Source of the DNA: Clostridia bacterium
Lineage (GTDB): Bacteria > Bacillota > Clostridia > Oscillospirales > CAG-272
DNA: 64,000 nt
Assembly (NCBI GenBank): GCA_017416205.1
Contig: JAFQDC010000007.1
Coordinates: 6,022 to 70,021 of the forward strand
Reading direction: 5' to 3'
Shown: positions 31,716 to 43,400 of the stretch, piece after piece
How the letters are laid out: the number at the start of each line of letters is the position of its first letter
How positions within the stretch are numbered: the first letter of the stretch is position 1
Translations under genes and position numbers: made by a program
Notes under the pieces: model-generated
Databases searched by the model: none
Told to the model about the DNA's origin: nothing
Seen by the model: only the letters and a program-made list of their open reading frames with translations

Positions 31716-32399
31716 TCATTTGTCCTTCAGCGATTCATATACCTTTGAAAGAGCTGTTTTTTCAATACGTGATACGTAAGAACGGGAAATTCCCATAAGC
31801 TCAGCAGTCTCTCTCTGCGTTTTGGGCTTTTTTCCGTCAAGCCCGTAACGCATTTTGATGATCTCCTTTTCTCTTTTTGAAAGACTACTGTTAATTATCT
31901 TAATTGCGCTTTTTGTGCGAATTTTCTTATGTATATCATCTGCGATCGTATCTTCAACTCTGATTATATCCATATAAGTTAATGGATTTCCGTCTCTGTC
32001 TGTATCTATGGTCTCATTAATTGAAACTTCATTCTGTGTCTTTTTCTTTGATCTGAAAAACATCAAAATTTCATTTTGAATACATTTTGCGCCGTAGGTT
32101 GCAAATCCCGCTCCTTTGCTTATATCAAAGCTGTCAACAGCCTTGATCAGTCCTATTGCACCGACTGAGATAAGATCCTCTGCATCCTCCCCGTGAGAGT
32201 AATATTTTCTTACAATATGGGCAACTAGCCTAAGGTTATGCTCAATAAGCTCTCCACGTGCTGATTCGTCACCGTCTCTTGCAAGCAAAAACAGCTCCTG
32301 CTCCTTTTTTTTCGGTAATGGTGGAGGAAAGCTCGACACTGTATCCACATTCAGCACGGCAAAGCTCATAAACAGAGCAATTATTGAAAGAATATCCAT
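31716..32399 (-). CDS. sigK: sporulation sigma factor SigK (pro-sigma-K), uninterrupted
   Basis: Collinear with B. subtilis SigK (pro-sequence then FPPPLP, LIEHNLRLVAHIV, EDLISVGAIGLIKA, ISRSYVSRIEK). ATG 32399 is preceded by AAGGTG. Confidence 0.9.
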   Translation of the reverse strand: MDILSIIALFMSFAVLNVDTVSSFPPPLPKKKEQELFLLARDGDESARGELIEHNLRLVAHIVRKYYSHGEDAEDLISVGAIGLIKAVDSFDISKGAGFATYGAKCIQNEILMFFRSKKKTQNEVSINETIDTDRDGNPLTYMDIIRVEDTIADDIHKKIRTKSAIKIINSSLSKREKEIIKMRYGLDGKKPKTQRETAELMGISRSYVSRIEKTALSKVYESLKDK

Positions 32400-32505
32400 A
32401 GAAATCACACCTTTCACATATCTCTGTCATTATATGCAGCTACTGCTTGACCTGCGAATAAAAAAAGTGTAAAATAATTAAAATTGCAAAAAAGGAAAGA
32501 CACAG

Positions 32506-33147
32506 ATGAATTATAAGACTGTCATATGGGATTTCAACGGAACTCTCTTTGATGATATGGGAGTAAGCATAGATGCTATGAATATTGTGCTCTCACGCCG
32601 GTCGCTCCCACCAATTAATGGCCTCGAGGATTTTCAGGAGGTATTCGGATTTCCTGTGCGTGACTACTACAGCCGTATCGGACTTGATTTTTCAAAAGAG
32701 CCTTACGAGGTTCCTGCAGATGAATGGATAGAGCTATACGGAGAAAAAATGAACGATGCACCTATTATGAGGGACGCTGAGACCGTATTATCTGCTCTTC
32801 AGAAAAAGGGAGTTCGCCAGATCGTTCTCTCTGCATCAGAAAAGGGTCGACTTATTGAAAATCTTACCCATCTTGGTATTATTTCTTATTTTGACGAAAT
32901 ACTTGGTATGGATAACGCTTATGCCAAAGGGAAGGCCGAGATCGCCGCAGAGTTTGCAGCGCGGGACAAGGAAGGAATATTCCCCGCAGTGCTTATAGGA
33001 GATACCGATCACGACTATCAATGCGCAGTCAGTATTGGGTGTGACTGTATACTGTATTCAGGAGGATTTATGTCTCGTCGCCGTCTTGAAAAGCTGGGAG
33101 CACCCGTAATTGATTCTCTTACAGAAATCCTTGATTATTTGATTTAA
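32506..33147 (+). CDS. HAD-superfamily phosphatase
   Basis: Motif I IWDFNGTLFDD. Later SAS and GDTDHD motifs. Confidence 0.8.
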   Translation: MNYKTVIWDFNGTLFDDMGVSIDAMNIVLSRRSLPPINGLEDFQEVFGFPVRDYYSRIGLDFSKEPYEVPADEWIELYGEKMNDAPIMRDAETVLSALQKKGVRQIVLSASEKGRLIENLTHLGIISYFDEILGMDNAYAKGKAEIAAEFAARDKEGIFPAVLIGDTDHDYQCAVSIGCDCILYSGGFMSRRRLEKLGAPVIDSLTEILDYLI

Positions 33148-33225
33148 TAAACATAATTCTTTTACCTTCGGGAATACTGTTAATGGGCAATATCTGCCCA
33201 TACAAATTCGAAAGGTAGTTACTAT

Positions 33226-33432
33226 ATGATACTTGACAGAATTGCGCTGATACTCGTTATCATCGGTGCGCTCAACTGGGGCAGTATCGGACTTTTCAAG
33301 TTCGACCTGGTTGCCTGGATAGGCGGAGGACAGGAAGCGATTATTCCCCGTATTATCTATGCAGTAGTTGCCCTTGCGGGACTTTGGTGTGTTTCCCTTC
33401 TTTTCAGAAGCCGGGAAGCATACGAAGCCTGA
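33226..33432 (+). CDS. DUF378 family small membrane protein
   Basis: IIGALNWG..G.F.FDLVA signature. 68 aa, two TM spans. Confidence 0.75.
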   Translation: MILDRIALILVIIGALNWGSIGLFKFDLVAWIGGGQEAIIPRIIYAVVALAGLWCVSLLFRSREAYEA

Positions 33433-33446
33433 ACAAAATATACTCA

Positions 33447-33478
33447 AAAAGCCAGGCGAAGGATCGTTTGGCTTTTTT
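33447..33478 (+). terminator. rho-independent terminator
   Basis: AAAAGCCA / 14-nt loop / TGGCTTTT followed by a T run. Confidence 0.55.
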
Positions 33479-33575
33479 ACTTTTTCACATAATTGTTAAA
33501 TTTTGAAAATACCCTTGATAAAAAAGAAATAATAGGCTATAATGAATAAGAAATTTTTCTCGGAGGTATTAATCA

Positions 33576-33908
33576 ATGAATCAGATACTTACATTTCTAG
33601 CCGCTGAAGAAGCTGCCAAGGGCAACTGGTTTACACAGTACGGCGGTACTATCATCCTCATTGTTGCTATGATCGCTATTTTCTACTTCTTTATGTACAG
33701 ACCTCAGAAGAAGCAGGAAAAGGAAGCTAAGGAAATGAAGGATAACCTTCAGGTTGGTGATGAGATCACAACAATCGGTGGCATCATCGGTGAAGTAGTT
33801 TCCATCAAGGACGAGACCTGCGTTATCGAAACAACAAGAGATAAGTGCAAGATCCGTATCCTTAAGAGCGCCATCAGCAAGGTTGACGTTCACGCAAACG
33901 AAAAGTAA
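33576..33908 (+). CDS. yajC: preprotein translocase subunit YajC
   Basis: GGAGG SD. One TM segment, then YRPQKKQ..KEM...L..GDEI.T.GGI.G.V. Confidence 0.85.
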   Translation: MNQILTFLAAEEAAKGNWFTQYGGTIILIVAMIAIFYFFMYRPQKKQEKEAKEMKDNLQVGDEITTIGGIIGEVVSIKDETCVIETTRDKCKIRILKSAISKVDVHANEK

Positions 33909-33929
33909 TTTTCATTCATAAAAAAACAT

Positions 33930-33970
33930 CTCCCGAATATCTTTATACAGAGATATTCGGGAGGTTTTTT
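33930..33970 (+). terminator. rho-independent terminator of yajC
   Basis: CTCCCGAATATCT / loop / AGATATTCGGGAG (13-bp stem) followed by GTTTTTT. Confidence 0.75.
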
Positions 33971-34378
33971 ATGGATCAGAACAATACTTCAATAACAGTG
34001 CTGAAAAGCTCACTCCTTGCGCTGCTTGCTTTTATTTCTCTGTCACTCATTTTTATTATTCTTCTACCGCCGGCAATTATGCTTCTGAAGGATCCCCTGC
34101 CACTGATATCATTTTTCGGAACCGGCATACTGTTTCTTTCATCATTTGCAGGAGGAATTATCAGCTCTTGTTTTTCTAAAAACCCATTCTTTTCTCTTAT
34201 TCCTTCTACCATAGCTATACTGATACTTCTATCAGGGCCTTTGTTTTTCAAGGAAAGCTGTATTTCATTTGGGGCTGCTTTAGTGCAGTATTTTGCAGTT
34301 CCCATACTTTTTCTGTTGGGAGCATTTGCAGCCTTTGCGCTTTCAAACAAACGTCCAAAGAGACGAAAAAGAAGATGA
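33971..34378 (+). CDS. small polytopic membrane protein
   Basis: 135 aa, about 4 TM spans, basic tail KRPKRRKRR. Its SD (GGGAGG, 33959-33964) lies in the 3' arm of the yajC terminator. Confidence 0.5.
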   Translation: MDQNNTSITVLKSSLLALLAFISLSLIFIILLPPAIMLLKDPLPLISFFGTGILFLSSFAGGIISSCFSKNPFFSLIPSTIAILILLSGPLFFKESCISFGAALVQYFAVPILFLLGAFAAFALSNKRPKRRKRR

Positions 34379-34393
34379 TCTACATATATGTAG

Positions 34394-34428
34394 AATCCCT
34401 CAACCGATTTCTCGGTTGAGGGATTTTT
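34394..34428. terminator. bidirectional terminator
   Basis: AATCCCTCAACCGA / TTTC / TCGGTTGAGGGATT (14-bp perfect stem) with TTT, between convergent stops at 34378 and 34437. Confidence 0.75.
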
Positions 34429-34436
34429 AACTGTTA

Positions 34437-37400
34437 TCAGTTTTGTGCTGATTCTCTTCTCTTTTTTCTTCTGAGAGTTGTTGTCATAACACCGACACCG
34501 CTCACGAACAGAAGAGCAAACCACATCCAAAGTCCGGAGTCACCGGTCTGAGGAGCATTGGGGGTATCAGATGTACCGGGAGTTTCAGGACTTTCGGGAT
34601 CATCTGAAGGCTCTTCGGGAACTGATACTGTATTTTCTACCTCGTTAGTTGTATACGTATTCTTCCCTTCTGCTACCGTAGCCTTGTTTCTTACGGTAGC
34701 TTCAGCCACAGCATCAACCTTTACCTCAAATCCGACTGTAACAGTTTCGCCTGCACCTACTTCAAGAGTCCATGTTATAGCTCCATCGTCATAAATACCG
34801 CCGTTGTCCGCTGAGCCTTCAACGTATGTAGTATACTCGGGAACAGCATCTGTAATGACTACAGTTACAGTTTCATGAGAATTATTCTTATAGCTGATCT
34901 CGTACTTGAGAACATCTCCCGCATTAACTGACTCTCCGTCAATACTTGCGTCGGGAGCATCTTTCATAAATACGTTCTTTTCAACCTCGTCCTCAACTGT
35001 GTAGTTGGAAACCTCATTTGTAAGATAAGTATTTCTGCCCTCTCTGATCTCAGCCACATTCTCGATAGTTACGCTGCCAACGTTCTTAACTTCAACCTTG
35101 AAGTTAACGGTCACAGTTTCGCCTGCCTCGACGTCAAGAGTCCATGTGAGCATTCCGCCGCTATAGGTGCCACCGTTATCAGCAGAGCCATCAACGTAAG
35201 TTGTATACTCGGGGATAGCATCGGTAATTATAACGGATGCACTGTGAGGAGCACTGTTAGTATAGGTGATAGCGTACTGAAGAATATCTCCGGCATATAC
35301 TTTCTTTCCGTCAACACTAATTTCTGTGCTTTCGGGATAGAATACGTCCTTTTTAACCTCATCGTCCACAGTATAGTTAGTCACCTTATTAGTCGTATAG
35401 GTGTTTCTGCCCTCTCTGATCTCAGCTTCGTTTTCCACAGTAGCGTTTCCTGCATCCTCAACCTTTACGTTAAAGGATACTGTCACGCTATCACCTGCTT
35501 CCATGTCAAGGGTCCAGGTGATTTTACCGTCTTCATATACACCACTATGGGTAATTGTACCTTCAACAAGTGATGTGTGCTGAGGGATAGTATCAATAAT
35601 AGTTACTCTCGCTGCTTCTCTTGATACGTTCTTATAGAAGATAGAGTATACGATCTCATCGCCTGCATACACCTTTCTTCCGTCAATGCTTACGGAATCA
35701 TTGTCTGCAAATGCAACGTTCTTTTCAACCTCATCCACTACTGTATAGTTTGTTACTTCATTGGTTGTGTAGGTATTTCTGCCAACCTTCACATCAGCTG
35801 CGTTATTGATGGTTACAGCACCTACGGAATCAACAGTTACGTTGAATCTGACCTTAACAGTCTCACCGGCATCAACACGAAGCTTCCATGTTACTACTCT
35901 GTTACTGTATACACCGTCATTATCTGCAGAGCCTTCAACATAGGTCGTGAATTCAGGGAGTTCGTCTGTGATGGTTACATCTGCTGTTTCTCTTGAATTA
36001 TTGGTATAGGATATCTCGTATACAAGCTCATCACCTGTATATACCTTATTTCCGTCTATGCTTACCTCTGTATTATCAGCGAAGAATACATCCTTTCGAA
36101 CTTCATCCTCTGCGGTGTAGATAACGACCTTATTTGTAGTATAGGAATTTCTTCCCTCTCTGATCTCAGCTTCATTGCTGATCTCAACGTCTTTGGCTTC
36201 ATCTACGGTTACGTGGAAGGATACTGTTACGCTTTCGCCTGCCTCAAGTTCAAAGGTCCAGATAATATTTCCTTTCTCGTATACGCCGTTATGGCTTACC
36301 GTTCCGTCAACAAGAGTTGTATGCTCAGGAATAATATCTGTGATAGTTACTGTAGCCGCATCTCTGCCAACATTTCTGTAGTAAATTGAGTATACAAGCT
36401 CATCACCAGCATATACTCTCCTGCCGTCGAGACTGACTTCATCATTACCTGCAAGGCTTACGTCCTTATCAAATTCCTCTGTAACTGTATAGTTGATAAC
36501 CTCGTTTGTTGTATATATGTTCCTGCCTTCCCTAACTGTAGCAGTATTTACTATATCAACGTTTTCAACCTCATCTACTGTTACTCTGAAGGATACTGTT
36601 ACAGTGTCGCCTTCATCAACGTCAAGCTCCCATGTGATCATTCCGTTTTCGTATGCAGCATTGTGACTTGCTGAATCTTTAACGTATGTTGTATACTCAG
36701 GAACTGTATCTGTGATAGTTACAGTTGCTGTGTCAGTTGCATTATTAGTGTATATGATCTCATATACAAGCTCATCACCTACGCATACCTTATCTCCGTC
36801 TATGCTTACATCAGTGTTTTCAACAAAGAATACATCCTTGGAAACATCGTCCTTAACAGTATAGTTAGTTACCTCGTTTGTGGTGTAGGAATTTCTTCCC
36901 TCTCTGATCTCAGCCTTATTGCTGATCTCAATGCTTTCAACATTGTCTACCGTTACGCGGAAGGATACTGTTACTGTATCGTTTGCTTCAACCTCAAGTG
37001 TCCATACAATAACGCCGGCTTTATATTCGCCTCCCATGGAAGCAGAGCCTTCAACGTACGTTGTATGCTCAGGAATGCGGTCCGCGATATTTACTGTTGC
37101 CGTATCCTTGCCTGTATTCTCGTAAGAAATAGAGTATACAAGCTCGTCACCAACATAAACCTTTTCACCGTCAATATTTACGAACTCGTCGATTGCAAGG
37201 AATACTTCTTTGATAACCTCGTCCTTTACAGTATAGTTTGAAACCTCATTGGTTGTATAGGTGTTGCTTCCCTCTCTGATCTCAGCCTTGTTGCTGATCT
37301 CAACGCTTTCAACATTGTCTACCGTTACGTGGAAGGACACTGTTACAGCATCGCCCTTCTCAATGTCAAGAGTCCAGGTGATCGTTCCGTTTTCATATAC

Positions 37401-40400
37401 ACCGCCGTGGCTTGCAGAGCCTTCAACGTATGTTGTATGCTCGGGAACAGTATCTGTAATAGTAACGGTTACTGTTTCTTCTGATGAATTTTCATAGCTG
37501 ATAGTATAAACAAGCTCGTCACCTATGTATACCTTTTTATTATCTATACTTACGCTGTCATCAGATGCAAGGAATACGTTCTTCACAACCTCGTCCACTA
37601 CCGTGTAGTTAGTTACAGTGTTTGTGGTATATTCATTTGTACCGTCATTAACTCTTGCTGTGTTTTCGATTGTTTCTGCACCGAGATCGGCATCTACCTT
37701 TACTGCAAAGGTAACGATCGCAGTTGTCCACGCTTCAACGTTTTCAATGCTCCATACAACGTGACCGTTTTCAAATACACCGCCCATATCCGCGGAGCCT
37801 TCAACATATGTTGTAAACTCGGGGATCTTATCGGTAATTGTAATATCAGCGGGCTTATCAGATGCATTTATAAAGCTGATCTTATAGAGGAGCTCTTCGC
37901 CCGCGTATACCTTTTTACCGTTAATACTTACGGAATCGTTTTCAGGATAGAATACGTCTTTTTCCACAAGGTTTTCAACTGTATGATTTACCACCTCGTT
38001 TGTTATATATGTATTCACACCGTCACGTACTATGGCAGCATTATCTATGACAGCATCCGTTTCAGCTACTTCAACCTTGAAGGATACGGTTACGCTCTCA
38101 TCTGCCTTTACGTTGAGTATCCAGTTGATATGATCGCCTGCGTACTTTCCGTTATGGGAAGCAGAGCCATTTACGTAGGTTGTGTGCTCAGGAATCGCAT
38201 CAAGGATATCGGCAATTACGTCTGCTCCGGTATAGTTTGTGTAGGTAATACTGTAAGTAAGGATATCACCCGCATTTACCTTTTCTCCGTCGATAACGGT
38301 TGAGGTATCGCCTTCCTTATAAACTTCCTTCTTTGCTACATCATCAACTGCAGCATTTGTAAAGGATACGCTTTCATTGAGCTTAGCTTTTCCCCTAACA
38401 GTTTCGCCTGTTGCTGCATTGATAAGCATGATCTTAAGCTGACCGTCACCGCTGTCAGTTACGTATACTGCATACTTATGGTGCGTTCTGTCATATACGA
38501 TACCATCAATGGGGTCTGCCTCTGAATCCTCTGCAATTACGAAGAAATATGTTCCTGTAGAATTGAACACTCTTGCATCAAATTCAAATTTACCGTCTGC
38601 ATTCTTTTTACTGTCGAGGAGAATCGCGTTGCTGTTTGTAATATCAAAGGTATAGTCTGTTGCATAAAGATTGAATGTGAAATCACTGTCATTCAGCGTA
38701 GCACCCTCAAGAGTCTTTGTTCCATTAAATACAAGCTCTGCCGCATCAGCTTTATAGGTGTTTTCGAACTTGATATCTGCATTTGCAGTATCTGCAGATG
38801 CTGTGAGAACTCCGTTTGTATCGGTAACTGTTACTGTAACCGTTACCGGATGATCAACGCCATTGTATATCACTCCTGCTGCAGTACCGTCATTTTCTTT
38901 TACGGTATAGGTATACTCGCCTGCCGTTTTATACGTAATTGTACTGAAGGAGAAGGTACCGTCTGACTTATTGGTTACGGTCTCTATCTCTTCGTTTCCT
39001 TCATACAGAGTGAAGGAGAATTCTCCGGATCCAGGCGCACGGCCGTGAAGTATCTTTGTGCCGCCGATTGTATACTCAGTAGACCTTGCTTCATAGTGGT
39101 TATGATAGGTTACCACATTTGAGATTGCATCCTCAAAATACCTTACTGCTGTAAGTGTTCCGGTTGCAGGATCGTTTTCAACCTCTACAACAAGGTCGTA
39201 TACAGCAGGATCGTAGCTCATTCCGTTAAGCACGTACTTATTCGTTACTGCATTGTATACTGCACCCTCGGGAATATACTCTACGATATCAAATTCGTAC
39301 TTACCTACCTTATCAAAGGTAAGAACCTCATCAAAGTCTACGAAAAGAACATCACCGTTAAGATTATTTGTTCCCTTGAGAACATAATTCTCACGGTCAC
39401 CGTTATTATACACGTAGAATGTAAATTCATCTGCTTCAAGTTTTTTTCCGGTAAGCACTTTCATAACTGCACCGTCAAGATCTATTCTGGCAGAATCGGG
39501 AGTATAACTGTTTACAAAGCTTACCCTGCCCTTTGTTGCATCTGCAGGATCTACAGTTGCAGTTTCTTTATCATTGTTGGATTTTACCTTTTCAATGTCG
39601 AGAGCAGCTATAAGATCTCCGTTAGATTCTGTTACAGAAACCGTGATACGATATTCGGCATCGGAATAGCTCCATCCGCGATCTCCCTTATTCACCTCAG
39701 AGATCACATAATGGAATGTTCCGGTCTGTGTATATACAGAGTTGAATCTTGCAGCACCTGCAGCATCTGTGACCAGCTCAAAGTCGGGCTCATTTGCAGG
39801 GTTCAGGATATTCCATTCTCTGTCGGTCTCATATACATGGAATTCAAAGCCTGCCCCAGATACAGTAGTATCGCCTGAATTATTGATAACGTCTTTAATT
39901 ATATCTACACTTACAGGGGCTGTATGGTATGTATTCTTAAAAGTGACTTCAAATATTCCGTCATCTATTATATTCTCTCTCGCATCAGTTACCTTAGCAA
40001 CAAGCTGACCACCGTTATCGGTAACTGTTACGTCAAACGCATAAACAGTTCTGTCATAGGTTACGTTCTCAACGTTACCCTTGACTTCAATAACCTGATA
40101 GGAATGTGAGCCTACTTCAGAATATGTGATACCGGAAAGTACATCTTCGATCTTAAAGATCTTCGATCCATTTTCGTCTGCAGCATATTCTACCTTTGCG
40201 CTCTTTTCCGAGATGCTTTCCCAACTGCTTCCGTTCCACTTCTGAACTGCGAATGTGAACTCTCCGCCACTGTGACTGCCCTCTGCCTCAAATATCTTAG
40301 TTCCGTCGATATCCAGGTCAACAGTTGTTGCAAAAGGAGTATACTGATTGATAATAATTGCAGTTGCGCTTGCATCCTCGGGGATCACTACTGTATTATC

Positions 40401-43400
40401 AGTGTCAGCTGTTTCTCCGGAATGATTGCGCGTGCGGAAAGAAACATCAAAATACGCACCGGGATCAGATTCTGTCACAGTCACGTCAGTTCCCGAGGGA
40501 AGATTTATGATCTCAACAGTTTCTCTCGCCTTGATGCTGAATGTCATATTGCCATCAGCGTCAACTGTAACGGTTTTATCCTCTTTTTCAGTCTGCTTTA
40601 CTGTAAAGCTCTTTCCTGAAAGATCCCCGCCTACGTTTACCACGATCTCAAAAGCAGTGTCAAGAATGCTCTGCGGAATTGCGTGGTCGCTTGCAATCTC
40701 CTTTGTAATAAAGAGATTACCGTATTCGTTAGGAGCGTTTGTGACTGTTGCCTGAGCGAACTGTGCTACGGGGGAGCTCTCGTCAAGCACCTGTGAAAGA
40801 GTGGGAACCGTTACCGTAGAATCAGACAAGCTGTCTACTTTATAATAGTCGCCGTTGATAATCTCACCGATCTCACAAGCAGTTCCGCCGGGAATACCTG
40901 CTACGTATACAGTCTCCCCTGCCTTAAGCTCAACTGTAAGAACGTTATTCTCATAAGAAGAGATATCGCCTGTTACGTCATTTCCGTTTTCGTCCCATAC
41001 AACAGGATCTGCGACCACGCCATCAGGAACTGTAACGGTAAGTGAATAGGTATCATCTGCGTTTCCGATATTTTCAGTTACACTCTTTGTAAGCTTAATA
41101 CCTGTTTTGATTGCAACGTTTACTCTACCGTTGTTGCCAAGCCATACGACAACGCTGTTGCCGTTATGTATTTCGGCAGTTTCATGAGTGTATTCGGGAG
41201 TATAGCGCTGAGTTGCAGTTTCTGTAACATTGTACTCTTTTTCAACCGTCATATTATGAAGACGACTTGTACGGAGTGATCCTACACCCAGCAGTACATA
41301 AAGCTCAACTTCGGAATTATCTGCAAGGTATGCACCAAGCACCTTTTCAACTCTATCCTCGGGAATTGCAACACCCTTATCGGAAAGAGCGTATCCTCCG
41401 TTTTCGTCAGCATTTACATACTTTTCAGCTTTATTATCGTAAAATGCCGCAGACTCCTTAAGATATCCCCACTCAGTGTAAACAAGGTATGTAACCTCTT
41501 CTGCAGCATTTGCACTGTCATTAGCATCGGGAGTAGGGCGGGTATAGGTAACGTAAGTATATACCTTGTCGCTGTCAGCAGTTTTCTTATAATCATCATA
41601 GCTCATCCAGCTGAGATCATATTTATCATCATCCCATACGATACCGTATTCGTTATTCTCGGGGATAGAAACTGCAGAACCGTCCTCTTTATTTGTGATT
41701 TCTGTGAAAATGCCCTGATTGGACTGATGATAGTAATATCTGTTTTTCTCAGAGGGCTGGAAGCCAACGTGTGCATCACCCTCATAAACTACACCGTTAT
41801 CTGCAGGGCTCATAACACCGAAACGGTTACTGTAAAAGGATACGATTCCTTCGCTGTCATCGATGTAATCATATCCGCGGATCTTGGATACGTCCACTTC
41901 TCCGTTGGGAAGAAGAATATCTGAATCAATACCCACTGTGTAATAAACACGAAGAGGGTTATATGAAAACTCTGTGATCGTAGATGTCGTGTCATCTCCT
42001 ATTGTTTCAGATACAACTCTTTCAACTATAATAGGAAGGATCTCCTGATTGATCCTTATCTCAAGCTTCTGAGTTCCGTCATTCTGCTCTACTATAGAAA
42101 TAAGGATATCCTCGGAGGTATTCCATGCTTCGTTTGTTGTCGGGTTAGTACCAGTTGCAGTATCTACCTTATAAGTACCGTCTGCATTTTTGATAACTGC
42201 ATAGGAGGAACCGAACAGAGTTACGGACTGAATATCCTTTACCTCCATATGCTGGCCGATAAAGTCAACATAAATGAGAGGAGTATCGTCTATACCGGTT
42301 GCACCGTCAGTGGAGGTGCTGCTGGATATAGGATTGAATGCACCGCTTGAAAGCTCTTCATAGATCTGCTTGAAGGTACTTTCAATCTCTGCATTGGTAA
42401 CGTCATAATAGGTATCTGCATAATTGATGTTTTCTGCGATCTTTTCTGCTGTCACAGCACCGTTCTGAGTAGGATAATTATGGTTAAAGCTCCATCCGCT
42501 ATAGGTCACACTCTGGCCTGCTGCCCACTTTTGAAAATTCTTATACGCCTCACGGATCTCACGATCTGAGTTGCTTCCGTTGAAACCGTTAGCGCCGGCA
42601 GGGTCCATCATCAGCTGTGCTACCTTATTTGTGCTTACGTCAACACCTACAGTATATACTGTAACATCACTGTCATAGTTTGCTTCAATTTTTGTTTTAT
42701 TGTATGCAGCATTAAGCAGTGTGCTGAGATAAAGATTTCTGTTACTTACGCTTGTTCCGTCTTTATCGTTATGCTTTGAAATTTCATAAAAGCCTTCCTG
42801 AGCTGCGCGGTTAGCCTGTCCGTCAGTGAGAACGATTGCAACGGGAATACGCCCCTCGACATCAGCGGCATTTGCCAAAATATTAAAGCCTCTGTCTATA
42901 CCGGACTGAAGATTTGTTCCCTGCGTATATCCGCTGTCCTTGCCAAGAACGTTCTTGTCCTTATCGTAAGCTGTAATAACACCTGCACCGGCGGCTCCGT
43001 TATTGTAATAATTGGTACATACAAGATCGATTCCGTTATTGTATGCAGCAAGAGGAAGCAGTGTTTCACTATCCTTGTTGTACGTTACAATGGAAATGCG
43101 GATATTATCGAGTTTGAGCAGATCGTCGATCAGCGAATTCGCCGCAGCTATCGTTCGCTCAAGACGGGTAACGCCGTATCTGTCCTCATCGTCCATTGAC
43201 GTTGAAGTATCCAGCACAAGAACTACGTCCATGGGACCTGTGGATGTTACTGTGCTCTTTGATGTCATCGTTGATCCAAGTGCTGAGAATACTATCTGGA
43301 AGGATTCATCATCTTCAAGCTCAACCTTGAAGGAAGAATCTTCTTCGCCCTTATTATTCAGCACGGCAGTATCTCCGTTCTTAAAAACTGACTTATCTAC

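Noticed and set aside
32418-32470. CATATAAT on the minus strand upstream of sigK as a sigma-E/sigma-K type -10 (CATA---T).
   Set aside because: The -10 is plausible, but I could not identify a matching -35 (ATATT or AC) at the right spacing. Left unannotated.
33976-34530. 184-aa minus-strand ORF.
   Set aside because: It runs through the strong bidirectional terminator at 34394-34428 and overlaps the 3' end of the adhesin gene. The + strand TM-rich ORF is more plausible.
35244-38303. Several + strand ORFs of 60-180 aa inside the adhesin gene (for example 35244-35573, 36175-36381, 36919-37125, 37261-37497, 37761-38303).
   Set aside because: They are antisense to a 9.2-kb ORF with clear domain content. 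They recur with the 372-bp repeat period, lack SD sequences and have low-complexity Ser/Thr/Val composition. They are shadow ORFs.
34626-38345. Regularly spaced repeats checked as a possible CRISPR array.
   Set aside because: The units are 372 bp, contiguous and in frame within a protein-coding ORF. There is no alternation of short direct repeats and unique spacers, and no cas genes.
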